A stretch of DNA of 64,000 nt. Source: Myxococcales bacterium (GTDB lineage: Bacteria > Desulfobacterota > Binatia > HRBIN30). The stretch lies in assembly GCA_037445065.1 (NCBI GenBank), contig JBBILD010000011.1:42633-106632 (forward strand), written 5' to 3'. Positions within the stretch are counted from its first letter, which is position 1. Every line of letters starts with the position of its first letter. Position numbers and translations under genes: made by a program. Positions 54,093 through 63,802 of this stretch are shown here, one piece after another. Below the pieces are notes generated by a model that worked only from the letters and a program-made list of their open reading frames with translations, was not told the DNA's origin and searched no databases.

Positions 54093-54668
54093 TCACGGGC
54101 GCTGGGCAACGAGCCGTGCAAGATAGGCCGGGCCGTTGTCGTCGAGCAAGCCCTCCTCCTCTTCGAGTACAAGAAAGTCTTCGAAGTAGCCGCGCAGTTC
54201 TCCCCGTTGGAGCAGGTGATTCGGGTTGCGTGGATGCCCGAGTGCCTGCTGATCCATCAAGTACGTTTCCACCAACACCAACCCTCCGCTGCGAACGGCC
54301 TCCTTCATGGCCGGGAACAACGAGCGCTGCAAGTAGCGAATGTTGAGAATGGTGCCGAAGGCGGCGGTAGGCAGAGAGTATTGTTCCAGGTCGGCTTGAA
54401 CCACCTCGATGGGTAAGCGTTCTTCTCGTGCCCTTTCGGCGAGCTGGCGGAGCGCGGTGAAGGCAATGTCCACCACCACGCAGCGCAGTCCCCGCCGCGC
54501 CAGAAAGACTGCGTTGCGCCCGTTTCCTCCGGCGACATCGAGCACTGGCGGTTGGATGGCTTCCGCCCATCGCACTACGAGTGCCGACGGTGGAGCCGTT
54601 TGAGAGGCGGGAGACTGCTCGCGATACCGGCGCTCCCACTTCTCGCGATCTTCTCGCACCTGCTTCAC
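54093..54668 (-). CDS. Class I SAM-dependent methyltransferase (TehB-like)
   Basis: DREKWERRY, VLDVAGGNGRNAVFLA, ADLE and YLQR motifs; GTG start overlapping the comF stop. Confidence 0.8.
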   Translation of the reverse strand: MKQVREDREKWERRYREQSPASQTAPPSALVVRWAEAIQPPVLDVAGGNGRNAVFLARRGLRCVVVDIAFTALRQLAERAREERLPIEVVQADLEQYSLPTAAFGTILNIRYLQRSLFPAMKEAVRSGGLVLVETYLMDQQALGHPRNPNHLLQRGELRGYFEDFLVLEEEEGLLDDNGPAYLARLVAQRP

Positions 54669-55396
54669 CCCAGCACGGCACGCGCGAGCACGACCGCGTC
54701 CACGGAGGTCGCCCCGGCGCGGCGCAGGGCGGCGCTGCAATGGTGCAGCGTCGCCCCGGTGGTCATCACATCGTCGAGCAGCAGGACCCGCTTGCCGGCC
54801 ACCGTAGCGCGGTACCGGCGCGGTACAGTGAAAGCTCGGCGTACGTTTTGCAGCCTCTGCTTGCGCGTCAGTTCGGCCTGAGGAGGGGTGGGGCGCAGGC
54901 GGCAAAGCGTAAAAGGGGCCAGGGGTGCACGGGGATACGCAACTCGTGCCAGCAACAGGGCCTGGTTGAAGCCGCGCCAGCGCAGTCTTTGCGGATGGAG
55001 GGGAACGGGAACGAGCAAGTCGTAACCGGCTGCGCTCACCTCGATCGTGTGCTGAAGCAAGAGGCCGAGCGGCTGGGCGAGGCTTGCAAGTCGCCCGTAT
55101 TTGAAGCGCGAAAGCGCGTGCCCCAAGGGGTTAGCCTGCTCGGGGTGATACAGGAACGCGGCCCGCACGCGGGCAAAGGCAGGCGGGCGCCGAGTGCAGC
55201 GAGCGCAACGCAGGGACGTCCCGGCGCTCGCGGGCAGCGGCAGGGCGCAAATGCTGCAGATTGGCGGCCTAGCCACGCGGGTCTGCTGTGCGCAGGCCGA
55301 ACAGAGGGGAAGCGAATTGGGCAGGAGCACACCACAGGCGCAGCACACCGGCGGGTAGACAAAATCGAGCATCCTCTCCCACACTGCACCGAGCAT
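54665..55396 (-). CDS. ComF-family protein (double Zn ribbon + PRTase fold)
   Basis: Four CxxC pairs, VPVPLH, RGFNQA and LLDDVMTTGAT motifs. Confidence 0.93.
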   Translation of the reverse strand: MLGAVWERMLDFVYPPVCCACGVLLPNSLPLCSACAQQTRVARPPICSICALPLPASAGTSLRCARCTRRPPAFARVRAAFLYHPEQANPLGHALSRFKYGRLASLAQPLGLLLQHTIEVSAAGYDLLVPVPLHPQRLRWRGFNQALLLARVAYPRAPLAPFTLCRLRPTPPQAELTRKQRLQNVRRAFTVPRRYRATVAGKRVLLLDDVMTTGATLHHCSAALRRAGATSVDAVVLARAVLG

Positions 55397-55559
55397 GTCG
55401 GAAGCCTACTCAGCTTGTGCGAATCCGACAATCGCCCCCGCGGTCGGCCATAGGGGACGGGTGAGGCGCCAGCGAGACCGCACCGTTGTTTGCTACGGAT
55501 CGGAGGGCCCGTTGTGTGTCGTGCTGTGCACGAAAAACCGGTATGGTTGTGCGTGAGGT

Positions 55560-55575
55560 TGCCCTGCACGTGCCA
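55560..55575 (-). promoter_or_regulatory. Weak candidate sigma-54 promoter
   Basis: TGGCACGTGCAGGGCA: consensus -24 element and GG-N10-GC spacing, but a poor -12 element. Confidence 0.3.
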
Positions 55576-55972
55576 TGCGTGCGTGTGGAATGCGGCGGAG
55601 CGGGTTCGCTGCGGACGATTTGCGCGGATCCACACGGTTTTCAATCGCTCCGGCGTCACGAAATTCGTTGCGGAAAAGAAAAGCCGCGTTGCTCACGCGC
55701 AACCGAAGAATGCTGCGGCGCGCGGTCGTGGCTGGGCCGGCGCAGAAACGTGCAGCCACGCCGTGGCCCTTGGGGGCGGCTTGCCCGGTTGTGCGGATGC
55801 GCTCGAGAGGGCACCCGCGGGAGTCCGAAGGACAGCTCGGCGCAGCTCTCCCGAGCGACGTCGTTCCTTGCGCGTTCCCTGTTGGAGTCGGAGGTTCGAG
55901 AGCCAGTCTGTAGTCGGGATCCCGTGCTTACGGAAGCGGGCAAAGATGCCGCGCTCGCGTGTCTCCTGAAAG

Positions 55973-55993
55973 ACGCAGGCAGGTTGCCTGCGT
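55973..55993. terminator. 9-bp hairpin at the end of the spermidine-synthase-like gene
   Basis: ACGCAGGCA-GGT-TGCCTGCGT; only a short CTTT tail on the minus strand. Confidence 0.5.
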
Positions 55994-58900
55994 TAGGGTT
56001 CGCCGAGCGCCTTCAGTTCTTCCCGAGCCAGGGTGTAATCTGGGGCGAACAGAAACGCGGTGCGGAGTCGCTGCGCTGCTCCTTGCCGGTCTCCGATCAA
56101 GGTCAGTCGCCGGGCTTGTTGGTGCAGTTCGAGCACAACGTTGCGCTTGGCTTGTTCGGCGTTGCGCCGCGCCATTCCGCCGCGAGCGCGGTCGCCGAGC
56201 TTTTCGTATAGATCCGCCAGCGTTTCCCATTCTTGAGGGGAATCGGGATACCATTCCAGGTAGTCCCACAAAAGACGCTCTGCGCTGGCGAGGTCACCGG
56301 ACTGGTGCGCCGCCTGCGCCGCTTTGACTTTGAGTTCGTGGTTGCGCAACGCGTACGGAGAGGCAAGCAAGCGCTGGGCTTCGCCCCATGCTTGTTGGAA
56401 GCGTCCGAGCCCGAGCAGCGCCTCGAAGCGGATCCGTTGTGCCGGGAGATCGCCGGGCCAGGAAGCCAGCACCGTGTTGGCTGCATCGAGGGCCTGCGAA
56501 AAGTTCATTTGTTCGAGTTCCCACTCGGCAAGGGAGAGGGAAATCACGCGCGAGCGGGGCAAGAGTGTGCCGAGCATACGGAGTTGAGGAAGGAGGCGCG
56601 CGCGTGCCTCGCCTGGTTCTTTCGCCGTTGTCGCTTCCAGTGCCAGGGCGAGCGCTTCGTTCTCTGGTGCCTTTCCACTCGCTCGGGCCAGCTCGAGGAG
56701 CTGCCGGGCGATGGCGAGTTCGTTCTGTTGGAGATATGCGAGGCCCAGAGTCGCAAGCCTCGCCGGCTCGTCGCCGGTAAACGCGTTGCGCCAGAAGTTC
56801 ACAATCTCCTCGGCCAGCGGGCGCAAAACCGCCCAGTTGTGGCCTAGCGCGCCAGTGTCGTAGAGGCTCCAAGGGGTGGAGAGTTCGACGAACATGTTGT
56901 CGTCGCTGTTGGGAACAGGCGCGCGTCTTGCCAGTGCTGCGGTTGCGTGGGGGCTCAAACGAAGCAAGCTCCAGAGGTCCGCGGTCGCGTGCACGCCGAT
57001 GCGCTGCAGGTCCGCAGCGACGCTCGCAGGCTGCTCCTCGAAATTCGGCAGGCCTGCCGCAGTCAGCGGCTCCAGGCTCGACAAGAACAGCAAGTCGGGC
57101 GACCCAGGTTCGGTGTAGAATCCGTAAACGTAGGGAAACTCAACCTGCAATGCTCGTAAGATCGCCGCCACGGCTTCGGGCTGGATGCTATAGACCTGCA
57201 CCCATTGGAGGAGCTTGCCTTGCGGGCTCAGGGCTTCGCGAGCTGAGCGGAAAAACTCGGCTGTGAACAAATTGGCGGCCCCACTCATCCATGGGTTGGA
57301 CGGTTCGGACACAATGAGGTCGTAGCTTCCTTTACGGGCGGCCAAGAACGAGCGAGCATCGTCGAGCACCAGTCTCACGTTGGGCTGCTCCAAGGGGCGG
57401 TGATTCAGCGAGTCGAAAAAGTGCGATGCGGGCACCATGGCCGGTTCGATTTCGATCACGTCCACCTGCACATTGGGGTGCAATGCCAAGCTTCCTGCAG
57501 TGACCCCTGAGGCAAGCCCAATCACTGCCGCGCGCGTGGGCTTGCTCCCGAACAGGACACCAATGTGGCCTAGCAGCACCTGAGTCGGTAGGTCTCCGTG
57601 TGCGCTGGCGTCTGCTTTCCCGTCGACGCGTAACCCGAGTTCTCCGAGAACGCGGTGAACGGAGACGAGGCTATTCCACCCCTCACGGTAGAAGAGGAGT
57701 TCCGATCGTTTTGTGCCTTCTAGGGGCTGGGGCCCAACCCCGACATCGATCTCGTCGAGAGGGAAGCGGAACACGCCACGAGCAAGGTTCTGCGGATCCC
57801 AGGGCCACGGGATCGCCCACACCGCAACGGCAATGGCCAGCGCTATGCTCGAAAGAGCGCGGCGGAAACGGAGGTCTGTGTCCAGGCACCAGCGGGTTAT
57901 GAGCCCACTGGCAAGCGCGTTCATGGTGGCCAGCGCTAGGATCGTGCGCTGCAGCCCAATTGCAGGAATTGCCCAAAAGCCGGTAACGAAGGCGCCCAAA
58001 GCCGAACCGAGCGTGTTGGTGAAATACAGCAGCCCCGTGGCTGCCGGGGCTGTCAGATGGCTGCTGAGGGCACGGACGAGTAGCGGAAACAAAGTGCCCA
58101 AGACGACCGTCAGGGCGAGCATGATCAGCATGGAGGCGGTCAGGACGCTCGCCACCACGCCGCTCGGGGAAAAGCCAAAGAACACGAAAATCCACGGCTG
58201 AAGATCCGGAAGGCGGTGCAACAACTGGCTGCTCGTAAGTCCAAAGATTGCCAGCGCTAGGAGCCCGGTTGCAAACGTTCGCAACGGGTTGACGAGCCGG
58301 TCGGCAAGACGGCGAATGAGAAGCGAACCGGCCGCGATCCCGAGCAAGAAGGCGGCGAGCATGGTGCCGAATGCGTAGGTGGAAGAGCCGACCGTCGGCG
58401 CAAGCGAGCGAGTCCAGGCAACTTCGTACGCGAGAGCGCAAAAGCCCACGCTCCCGTAGACTGTTGCGACAAGCCAGGCCGGCACGGGCTTGGAAGGTTT
58501 GGTAGTGCGTGCGTTCCTGGGCGCCGCCGGCGAGGCGCCCACAGCCGGCGAAGGTTCTCCGGTGCGCTTCGCGCAGTACAACACGGCCAATGCGGCGATG
58601 GCCAGGTCGGTGGTGGCCGCGAGCAGGTTCGTGCGGGTCAACCCGAGAGAAGGAAACAGCACAAAGGTTGCAGCGAGGACTCCGGCGACGGCGCCTAAGG
58701 TATTGCTTCCGTACAGCAGTCCCACGCCTCGACCCACGCCATGCCCGCTTGCTCCGAGCACAGTGGCGACCAGCACGGGTAACGTTGCGCCCATCAGCAC
58801 GGTGGGCGGGGTGAGGAGAACCACCGCGAGTGCGAAGCGCGCCAGCGTCGCAGACCAGAAATCCCAGTCTGCAAACCACGCTTGCTGTGCAAGCGGCGCC

Positions 58901-59259
58901 AGAGAAAAAACTTTGGGTACGAGGAGCGCATACACGCCGACCCCAGCTTCCAGCAGTCCGTAGAGGAGCCAGCCGTTGCGGCCGCGGCGCGCCAACGAGC
59001 CTCCCCACAGGCCCCCGAGGCCGAGGCCCAGCATGTAGGCGACCAGGACCGTGCTCACGGCCCAGGTTGTGGATCCAAAGGCAAGCCGCAGCCAACGGGT
59101 CCAAGTGACTTCCAACGCAAGGCTCGCCGCACCGGACAAGAAGAGCAGCGCCGCGGCCCAACGAACCCGTGTTTCAGAGCTGAATTGCGCGGGCAGGGCC
59201 GGCCGCACTACTACTCCAACCGGCGTTGCGAGTCGTGGCTTGGGCCTCCGCCAACTCAT
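55993..59259 (-). CDS. Fused MFS-like membrane domain / spermidine-synthase-like SAM domain with C-terminal TPR-like repeats
   Basis: Two repeated TM blocks (LEVTWTR..FGST; YEVAWTR..GSST; NTLG), then IGLASGVT, EIEP, DDAR, VSEPSNPW and a helical-repeat tail. Confidence 0.88.
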   Translation of the reverse strand: MSWRRPKPRLATPVGVVVRPALPAQFSSETRVRWAAALLFLSGAASLALEVTWTRWLRLAFGSTTWAVSTVLVAYMLGLGLGGLWGGSLARRGRNGWLLYGLLEAGVGVYALLVPKVFSLAPLAQQAWFADWDFWSATLARFALAVVLLTPPTVLMGATLPVLVATVLGASGHGVGRGVGLLYGSNTLGAVAGVLAATFVLFPSLGLTRTNLLAATTDLAIAALAVLYCAKRTGEPSPAVGASPAAPRNARTTKPSKPVPAWLVATVYGSVGFCALAYEVAWTRSLAPTVGSSTYAFGTMLAAFLLGIAAGSLLIRRLADRLVNPLRTFATGLLALAIFGLTSSQLLHRLPDLQPWIFVFFGFSPSGVVASVLTASMLIMLALTVVLGTLFPLLVRALSSHLTAPAATGLLYFTNTLGSALGAFVTGFWAIPAIGLQRTILALATMNALASGLITRWCLDTDLRFRRALSSIALAIAVAVWAIPWPWDPQNLARGVFRFPLDEIDVGVGPQPLEGTKRSELLFYREGWNSLVSVHRVLGELGLRVDGKADASAHGDLPTQVLLGHIGVLFGSKPTRAAVIGLASGVTAGSLALHPNVQVDVIEIEPAMVPASHFFDSLNHRPLEQPNVRLVLDDARSFLAARKGSYDLIVSEPSNPWMSGAANLFTAEFFRSAREALSPQGKLLQWVQVYSIQPEAVAAILRALQVEFPYVYGFYTEPGSPDLLFLSSLEPLTAAGLPNFEEQPASVAADLQRIGVHATADLWSLLRLSPHATAALARRAPVPNSDDNMFVELSTPWSLYDTGALGHNWAVLRPLAEEIVNFWRNAFTGDEPARLATLGLAYLQQNELAIARQLLELARASGKAPENEALALALEATTAKEPGEARARLLPQLRMLGTLLPRSRVISLSLAEWELEQMNFSQALDAANTVLASWPGDLPAQRIRFEALLGLGRFQQAWGEAQRLLASPYALRNHELKVKAAQAAHQSGDLASAERLLWDYLEWYPDSPQEWETLADLYEKLGDRARGGMARRNAEQAKRNVVLELHQQARRLTLIGDRQGAAQRLRTAFLFAPDYTLAREELKALGEP

Positions 59260-59375
59260 CGGGCGTCAGTGTATGGCCGCGCGGCCAAGAAAAGTCCACG
59301 CTGGTGCGCGCTCGAGACGCACATCTGGCTGCGGAGACGCCTTCGCAGCGCGAGCTGCTCTCCGAAAGAACCGGA

Positions 59376-60905
59376 TTACTGGCAGGCGAGCTTGAGGCTA
59401 ATCACGACATCCCCGAGGTCTTGCCCCACTCCGGGGAGAGGCGTGGTAGCCACCAAGTGCAATCCCCCTAGCTGGCCACTGTTGAAATTGGCGCAACTTC
59501 CCGAAAGCGGCGCACCGGAAAGCGTGGGCCCGGCGAGGGTCGCCAAGCTAGGCGCCGGACTCGAACAAGTCTGACCGCTGGGGCAATTCGCATCCTCGAT
59601 GCAGGAGCCGCTGCCCGAGCAGCCACCAGGAGTACTGATTGCGTCCTGCAATGACGCCGAGGCGGTGCCAGTCGTGAGCGGAACGAGCAGTGCTTGGGAA
59701 GAGGCGAGCCCAGCAGAGTCATCGCCAGTGCAAGGCTGTCCGTCCGCTCCCTCTCCGCCGCTAGTCACCACCGTGATGCGCAGTATAGCGAGCGCGACAC
59801 AATCGCCCGCCCCCGTGGCGTCGGACCAAGCTTCCCGCAAGGCAGCGATGGTGGTACCCGGAAAGTCGGTATCACCCCCGCCTGTGCCTGACACGGGAGA
59901 GCCAGGGCAAGCATCGCCGTTGCTGGCGAGGCGGTCTTGGCACAGGGACACATCGCGCGGCAAGTTGGTGAAGGGCGACGAGCAGGCACAAAAGCCAGCG
60001 ACGCGCACGAGTTCCGCGCACAGGGTCTTTCCTCCCACAGTGACAGGTGGCAGGGAGCGGCTCGCCTCACCGGCCAACAAAACGCCTTCGCCGAGGTTGC
60101 CGAATGGGTACCCGAGACCCTGCAGCGTACAAAAGCCCAGCCCCGCTGCGGCAGGAACGGAGGCTGCCGGCGCACTGCCCGGGCGGTCAACCCGCAATCC
60201 AACATCGCTCGCACTGGTATCTATGGCGCAGGCGGCTTGGTGGCAATGCGAACTGAGGCGGCACAAGTCGGGCCGGCAACCGAGGTCGGTCAGCGGATTG
60301 CACGACGGCGAAAGTGTGCAGTTGGTGGCCGCCGTGCTCACACTGGTTCCCGGCGGTTTGCTCGGGGCACTCAAGGCTTCCCCCAACGCTGTCAAGAAGT
60401 CCCCTTGCATGGCAAGTTGCCCCCGGAGCGCGCGCTCGAAGGCGGTCGCGACTAACCAAACCTTGGCGAAATCCCAGTCATGGACTCCCGGTGCGAGCGA
60501 CCCGCCGGGCAAAAAACCAAGCTGGCGCAAATCGCTGGCGGTACACTTCGGAGTCGGGGTTCCGGTGAACGCATTCTGTAAGGCAACGAAGAACTTGTCT
60601 CGCTCACTCTTTCCGCCGAGCACCTGGGGCAGGTCGAAGATACGATTGAGGTCTTTTTGGCAGCGGTGTGCGGCGAGGACGAGAAAGCCCGTGCCGGGCT
60701 TGGTCAGGTTCTTGACCTGCTCGCGGCGGATGGCATCAGCACACTTTTTGAGTGCGCTGGCGACTTTTGATTGAAAGAGGGCCGTACGTTTTTCGATTTC
60801 GAGCTGGCACTTGTCGATGGCAGCGTGCGCTGCCACGGGCAGGCCAAGGAACACGATGCAAAGGGCGAGGCAGAAACATTTTGGTCTCAATCGGCTTCGG
60901 CTCAT
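59376..60905 (-). CDS. Secreted cysteine-rich hypothetical protein
   Basis: Signal peptide ending AHA; 24 Cys counted in the mature chain, including a CIEDANCPSGQTC module. Confidence 0.75.
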   Translation of the reverse strand: MSRSRLRPKCFCLALCIVFLGLPVAAHAAIDKCQLEIEKRTALFQSKVASALKKCADAIRREQVKNLTKPGTGFLVLAAHRCQKDLNRIFDLPQVLGGKSERDKFFVALQNAFTGTPTPKCTASDLRQLGFLPGGSLAPGVHDWDFAKVWLVATAFERALRGQLAMQGDFLTALGEALSAPSKPPGTSVSTAATNCTLSPSCNPLTDLGCRPDLCRLSSHCHQAACAIDTSASDVGLRVDRPGSAPAASVPAAAGLGFCTLQGLGYPFGNLGEGVLLAGEASRSLPPVTVGGKTLCAELVRVAGFCACSSPFTNLPRDVSLCQDRLASNGDACPGSPVSGTGGGDTDFPGTTIAALREAWSDATGAGDCVALAILRITVVTSGGEGADGQPCTGDDSAGLASSQALLVPLTTGTASASLQDAISTPGGCSGSGSCIEDANCPSGQTCSSPAPSLATLAGPTLSGAPLSGSCANFNSGQLGGLHLVATTPLPGVGQDLGDVVISLKLACQ

Positions 60906-61068
60906 GCGCGGTCTCTCCCGGCGCGGTTTGTCCACAGAATTTTTGGAACCGGACGTCACCTTGCCTGAGGCGATCGCAGGATGTCAAGCGTGATTCGGAG
61001 CCTCGCGGAACCCATACACCCGGGAGCGCTGGGATTGGGGAGTGGTCCGGGAAGTAGGATCGCGCGGC

Positions 61069-61545
61069 TCAACTACCGAGCGCGATCTCCTCGACAAGTT
61101 CGAACGGCCGGTCCACGAATTGCAGATCTGCCACCTCGCCGGAGGCCCGCACCGTCGTCCGCCCCGCCCCTTTGGTGGCAATGGAGAACGTACAGGTGAT
61201 CACCTCGCTATCGGCAGGCATCGGGTCCAACGAACCGGCGAGAACGGTGCGCACTCGCCCTGGTTCGGGCTCGAGGAAATGCAATTGTTTACCCGCTCGC
61301 GCCCCGTCGCTCGCACAAGTTTTGAGACGCAGCACCTGCGTGTCGTAACGGATCTCGCCGATCAGGGTGACAATATCCCCGCCGCGGTTCAGTGCGCGTA
61401 AACTCACGCGCGCCTCGTCGCTGCCCGTGCGTTCACCGAACAAGCGCAGGTCTGCGTTGCGCGCGGGGTCCGGTCGGCCGAACTGCCACCACCAAGCTAG
61501 GCCCACGACGATTCCTACGGGAACGATCCAAAGCCAGCGCCGCAT
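61069..61545 (-). CDS. Membrane-anchored single cohesin-like-domain protein
   Basis: N-terminal TM (MRRWLWIVPVGIVVGLAWWW), then a module aligning with the upstream repeats (YD..L..C, EPGRVRTVLAG, CTF, AD). Confidence 0.7.
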   Translation of the reverse strand: MRRWLWIVPVGIVVGLAWWWQFGRPDPARNADLRLFGERTGSDEARVSLRALNRGGDIVTLIGEIRYDTQVLRLKTCASDGARAGKQLHFLEPEPGRVRTVLAGSLDPMPADSEVITCTFSIATKGAGRTTVRASGEVADLQFVDRPFELVEEIALGS

Positions 61546-61549
61546 GACC

Positions 61550-63802
61550 TCATTCGAGCACGACCTGACCGCTGACGCCAGAGGCCTCGTACTCGGTGAA
61601 TTGATCGTCCGCGAACGATGCTCTGCCGACCGACAGCGTAGCGGTGCCCTGCGCTTGGGCGCTGGTCGTGAAACGGCACTGAGCAATGCGACCTGCCGGG
61701 AAGGGGGTCAAATCCCCAGCCATCACCAGGCGCAGCTCACCCGGCTCTGGGTTCCGAGTTTGGATCTGGGTTTGGGGGCTGAGGGCTTCATCTTTCGTAC
61801 ACTCGACGAAAGTGAGCACGTTGCCGTCCTCGTAGCGCACGATCAAGGGCGCGAGGGTAACCAAGTTCCTACCTACTGGAGCCAACGAAATGTCCACGGT
61901 CACTTGGCCGCCCGAGGCAATCGCGTCCTGCAACGTCACGCCAGGCAGCCCCTCAACGAAACGCACACTACCGTCTATTCCCGAGGCAGAGAAGTCGTTG
62001 AACTGGTCGTCAGCGAGCTCCGCCCGCTCGAACTCCAACGCTGCCGTGCCGGTGGCACTTGCCACGGCAGAGAAGGTGCACTCGACGATTGGGCCTTCGT
62101 TGAGGGGAACGAGGTCGCCGGCCAACACGAGTCGCACCGTATCTGCTGCCACCGGGCTCGCGGTCACTTCTTTGCCGCGGCTCACGCCTACCGAGCGCAA
62201 GCAACGCCGGAAGGTCAAGCGGGAAGAATCGAAGCGGAATTCGAGCGGAGCAACGGTAACGATCTGGCGGAAGTTGGGCACCAGCGAGATCGGTACGGTG
62301 ACGTCGTTGCCTGGTGCGACACTGACCGCCCCCAACACGACTTGCGGCGGCGCCGGGCCAGAAATGGTGATCGTGCCGGAGCGGCCGGTTGCCGCGAATT
62401 CTCGCTCCGCGGCGTCCGCAAGCTGAGCTGAGACAAAAGCAACCGTGGTCTGTCCGCTGGCTGTCACCGCGATCCGGAACTGGCAGCGCAGGATTTCCCC
62501 GTCGGCGAACGGAACCAGGTCCCCAGCCAGGACCACGCGCAGCACCCCAGCCGACGGCGTGGCTGCGGCAGCAATCTTTCCTGCACTGACCGCTGGCGCC
62601 TTGTCGCAGCGTTCGAAACCGAGTTGGCTCGGGTCGTAACCGAGGATCAGGGGAGCCAGCGTGACGGTCGTGTTCCCGTTTTGTTGCAGGGAGATCGGCA
62701 CAGTCACCACAGTACCCGCGGCGGCGGACACGTCGCCGACGGTGATCGCGGGCGGGGTCACTTCGGGCGTGGCCGTCGCCGTGGCGGTACTGGTGTGAGA
62801 CGGTGTGCTGGAAGGAGTCGGGGTGGGTGTGACGGTCGGCACCTCGGTTTCGGTGGGGGTAGCCGTCTGAGTCGGGGTGTCGGTTGGCGTGGGGGAAACT
62901 TCCGGGGTGGCGGTCGGCGTATCGCTCGGGATCGGGGTGGCCGTCGGGGTGGCACTAGGAGGGGCAGTTGGAGTGGGGGAGAGCGTGCGGGTGAATGTCC
63001 GCGTGGGGCCGGGTTGCGTTGGCGTGTTGGTGGGCACCCGGGTGAAGGTGTAGGTCGGGGTTACAGTGGCCCCTTCCGTCGGTGTATGCGTGGGTGTGTT
63101 CGTGCGGGTGGGCGATTGTACCGGCGTGGCTGTGGCGATCGGAGCGATGAGTGCTGCTCGCACTGCCGCGTTCGCGCCAGCCTGGAGGAACGCATCATTG
63201 GCAGCGTCGGAGGCAGAACCACCGCTCACCGCACCGGGGATCTGGCGAATCACGCGATCGATCTCGATCAGGTCTGGGGTCGCGTAGCTGCACAGGCGCG
63301 GGCCGGCAGTGGCAAGGACCAGCCGCACCATCGCTTCGCTGATCGGGTCCACGTCCACGGGAGAGCGAGTAGAGGTGACGAACGCGCGCAGTGGCCCCGC
63401 AACAACGAGAAAGCGGCACGTATCCTCGGTTGAGTTTGCCGGCAAGGGAAGCTCGTACTGGCCGAGCGAATTGGTACGAGTCTCGGCCATCACCGTCTCC
63501 ACGCCATCCGGCCGCCGGAAAACGAGTTGCACGACATTTCCGGCCCCGACGGGTACGAAGGAGCCGGAAAGAGCCTGCGCACTCGAACCGGCGAGTTGGT
63601 ACAGAAGTTCCCAACGGCTCCTCGCCAGTTGGCCATTTGGGCTACGCACCGTGCCGCTAACTTTGACGCCGGGCGGTGGAGGAGGGGGTGGCAAGGTAAA
63701 CCCGACGCTTGAGTCGCCACCACAACCACCCAACCACGCGAGGCTCGCAATCACGATGGGCAAGGCCAGCCCGACTGATATTTTTCGCTCCCGTCTCACC
63801 AT
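61550..63802 (-). CDS. Lipoprotein with Pro/Thr linker and three tandem cohesin-like domains
   Basis: Lipobox LGGC, poly-Pro stretch, N-terminal domain, about 125-aa PT linker, three ~130-aa repeats (VTVPISL..YD/FD..C..LRxVLAGDL.P..C.F..LAD..G.V). Confidence 0.78.
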   Translation of the reverse strand: MVRRERKISVGLALPIVIASLAWLGGCGGDSSVGFTLPPPPPPPGVKVSGTVRSPNGQLARSRWELLYQLAGSSAQALSGSFVPVGAGNVVQLVFRRPDGVETVMAETRTNSLGQYELPLPANSTEDTCRFLVVAGPLRAFVTSTRSPVDVDPISEAMVRLVLATAGPRLCSYATPDLIEIDRVIRQIPGAVSGGSASDAANDAFLQAGANAAVRAALIAPIATATPVQSPTRTNTPTHTPTEGATVTPTYTFTRVPTNTPTQPGPTRTFTRTLSPTPTAPPSATPTATPIPSDTPTATPEVSPTPTDTPTQTATPTETEVPTVTPTPTPSSTPSHTSTATATATPEVTPPAITVGDVSAAAGTVVTVPISLQQNGNTTVTLAPLILGYDPSQLGFERCDKAPAVSAGKIAAAATPSAGVLRVVLAGDLVPFADGEILRCQFRIAVTASGQTTVAFVSAQLADAAEREFAATGRSGTITISGPAPPQVVLGAVSVAPGNDVTVPISLVPNFRQIVTVAPLEFRFDSSRLTFRRCLRSVGVSRGKEVTASPVAADTVRLVLAGDLVPLNEGPIVECTFSAVASATGTAALEFERAELADDQFNDFSASGIDGSVRFVEGLPGVTLQDAIASGGQVTVDISLAPVGRNLVTLAPLIVRYEDGNVLTFVECTKDEALSPQTQIQTRNPEPGELRLVMAGDLTPFPAGRIAQCRFTTSAQAQGTATLSVGRASFADDQFTEYEASGVSGQVVLE
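62758..63140 (-). repeat. Low-complexity (Thr-Pro)n coding tract
   Basis: GGT/GGG-rich degenerate repeat on the + strand encoding a TPTxTPT linker; similar tracts near 24840-25020, 26340-26520, 27720-27850 and 52905-53055. Confidence 0.85.

Noticed and set aside
55880..55910. GGTTCGAG resembling a tRNA T-loop
   Set aside because: No T-stem pairing, acceptor stem or cloverleaf can be built
55486..55969. Several 88-241 aa ORFs in or overlapping the comF upstream gap
   Set aside because: Arg/Cys/Ala-rich random-like translations with no ribosome-binding site or motifs
62758..63140. Repetitive GGT/GGG tracts as a possible CRISPR array or VNTR
   Set aside because: Degenerate in-frame Thr/Pro codons, with no identical repeats separated by unique spacers and no cas genes
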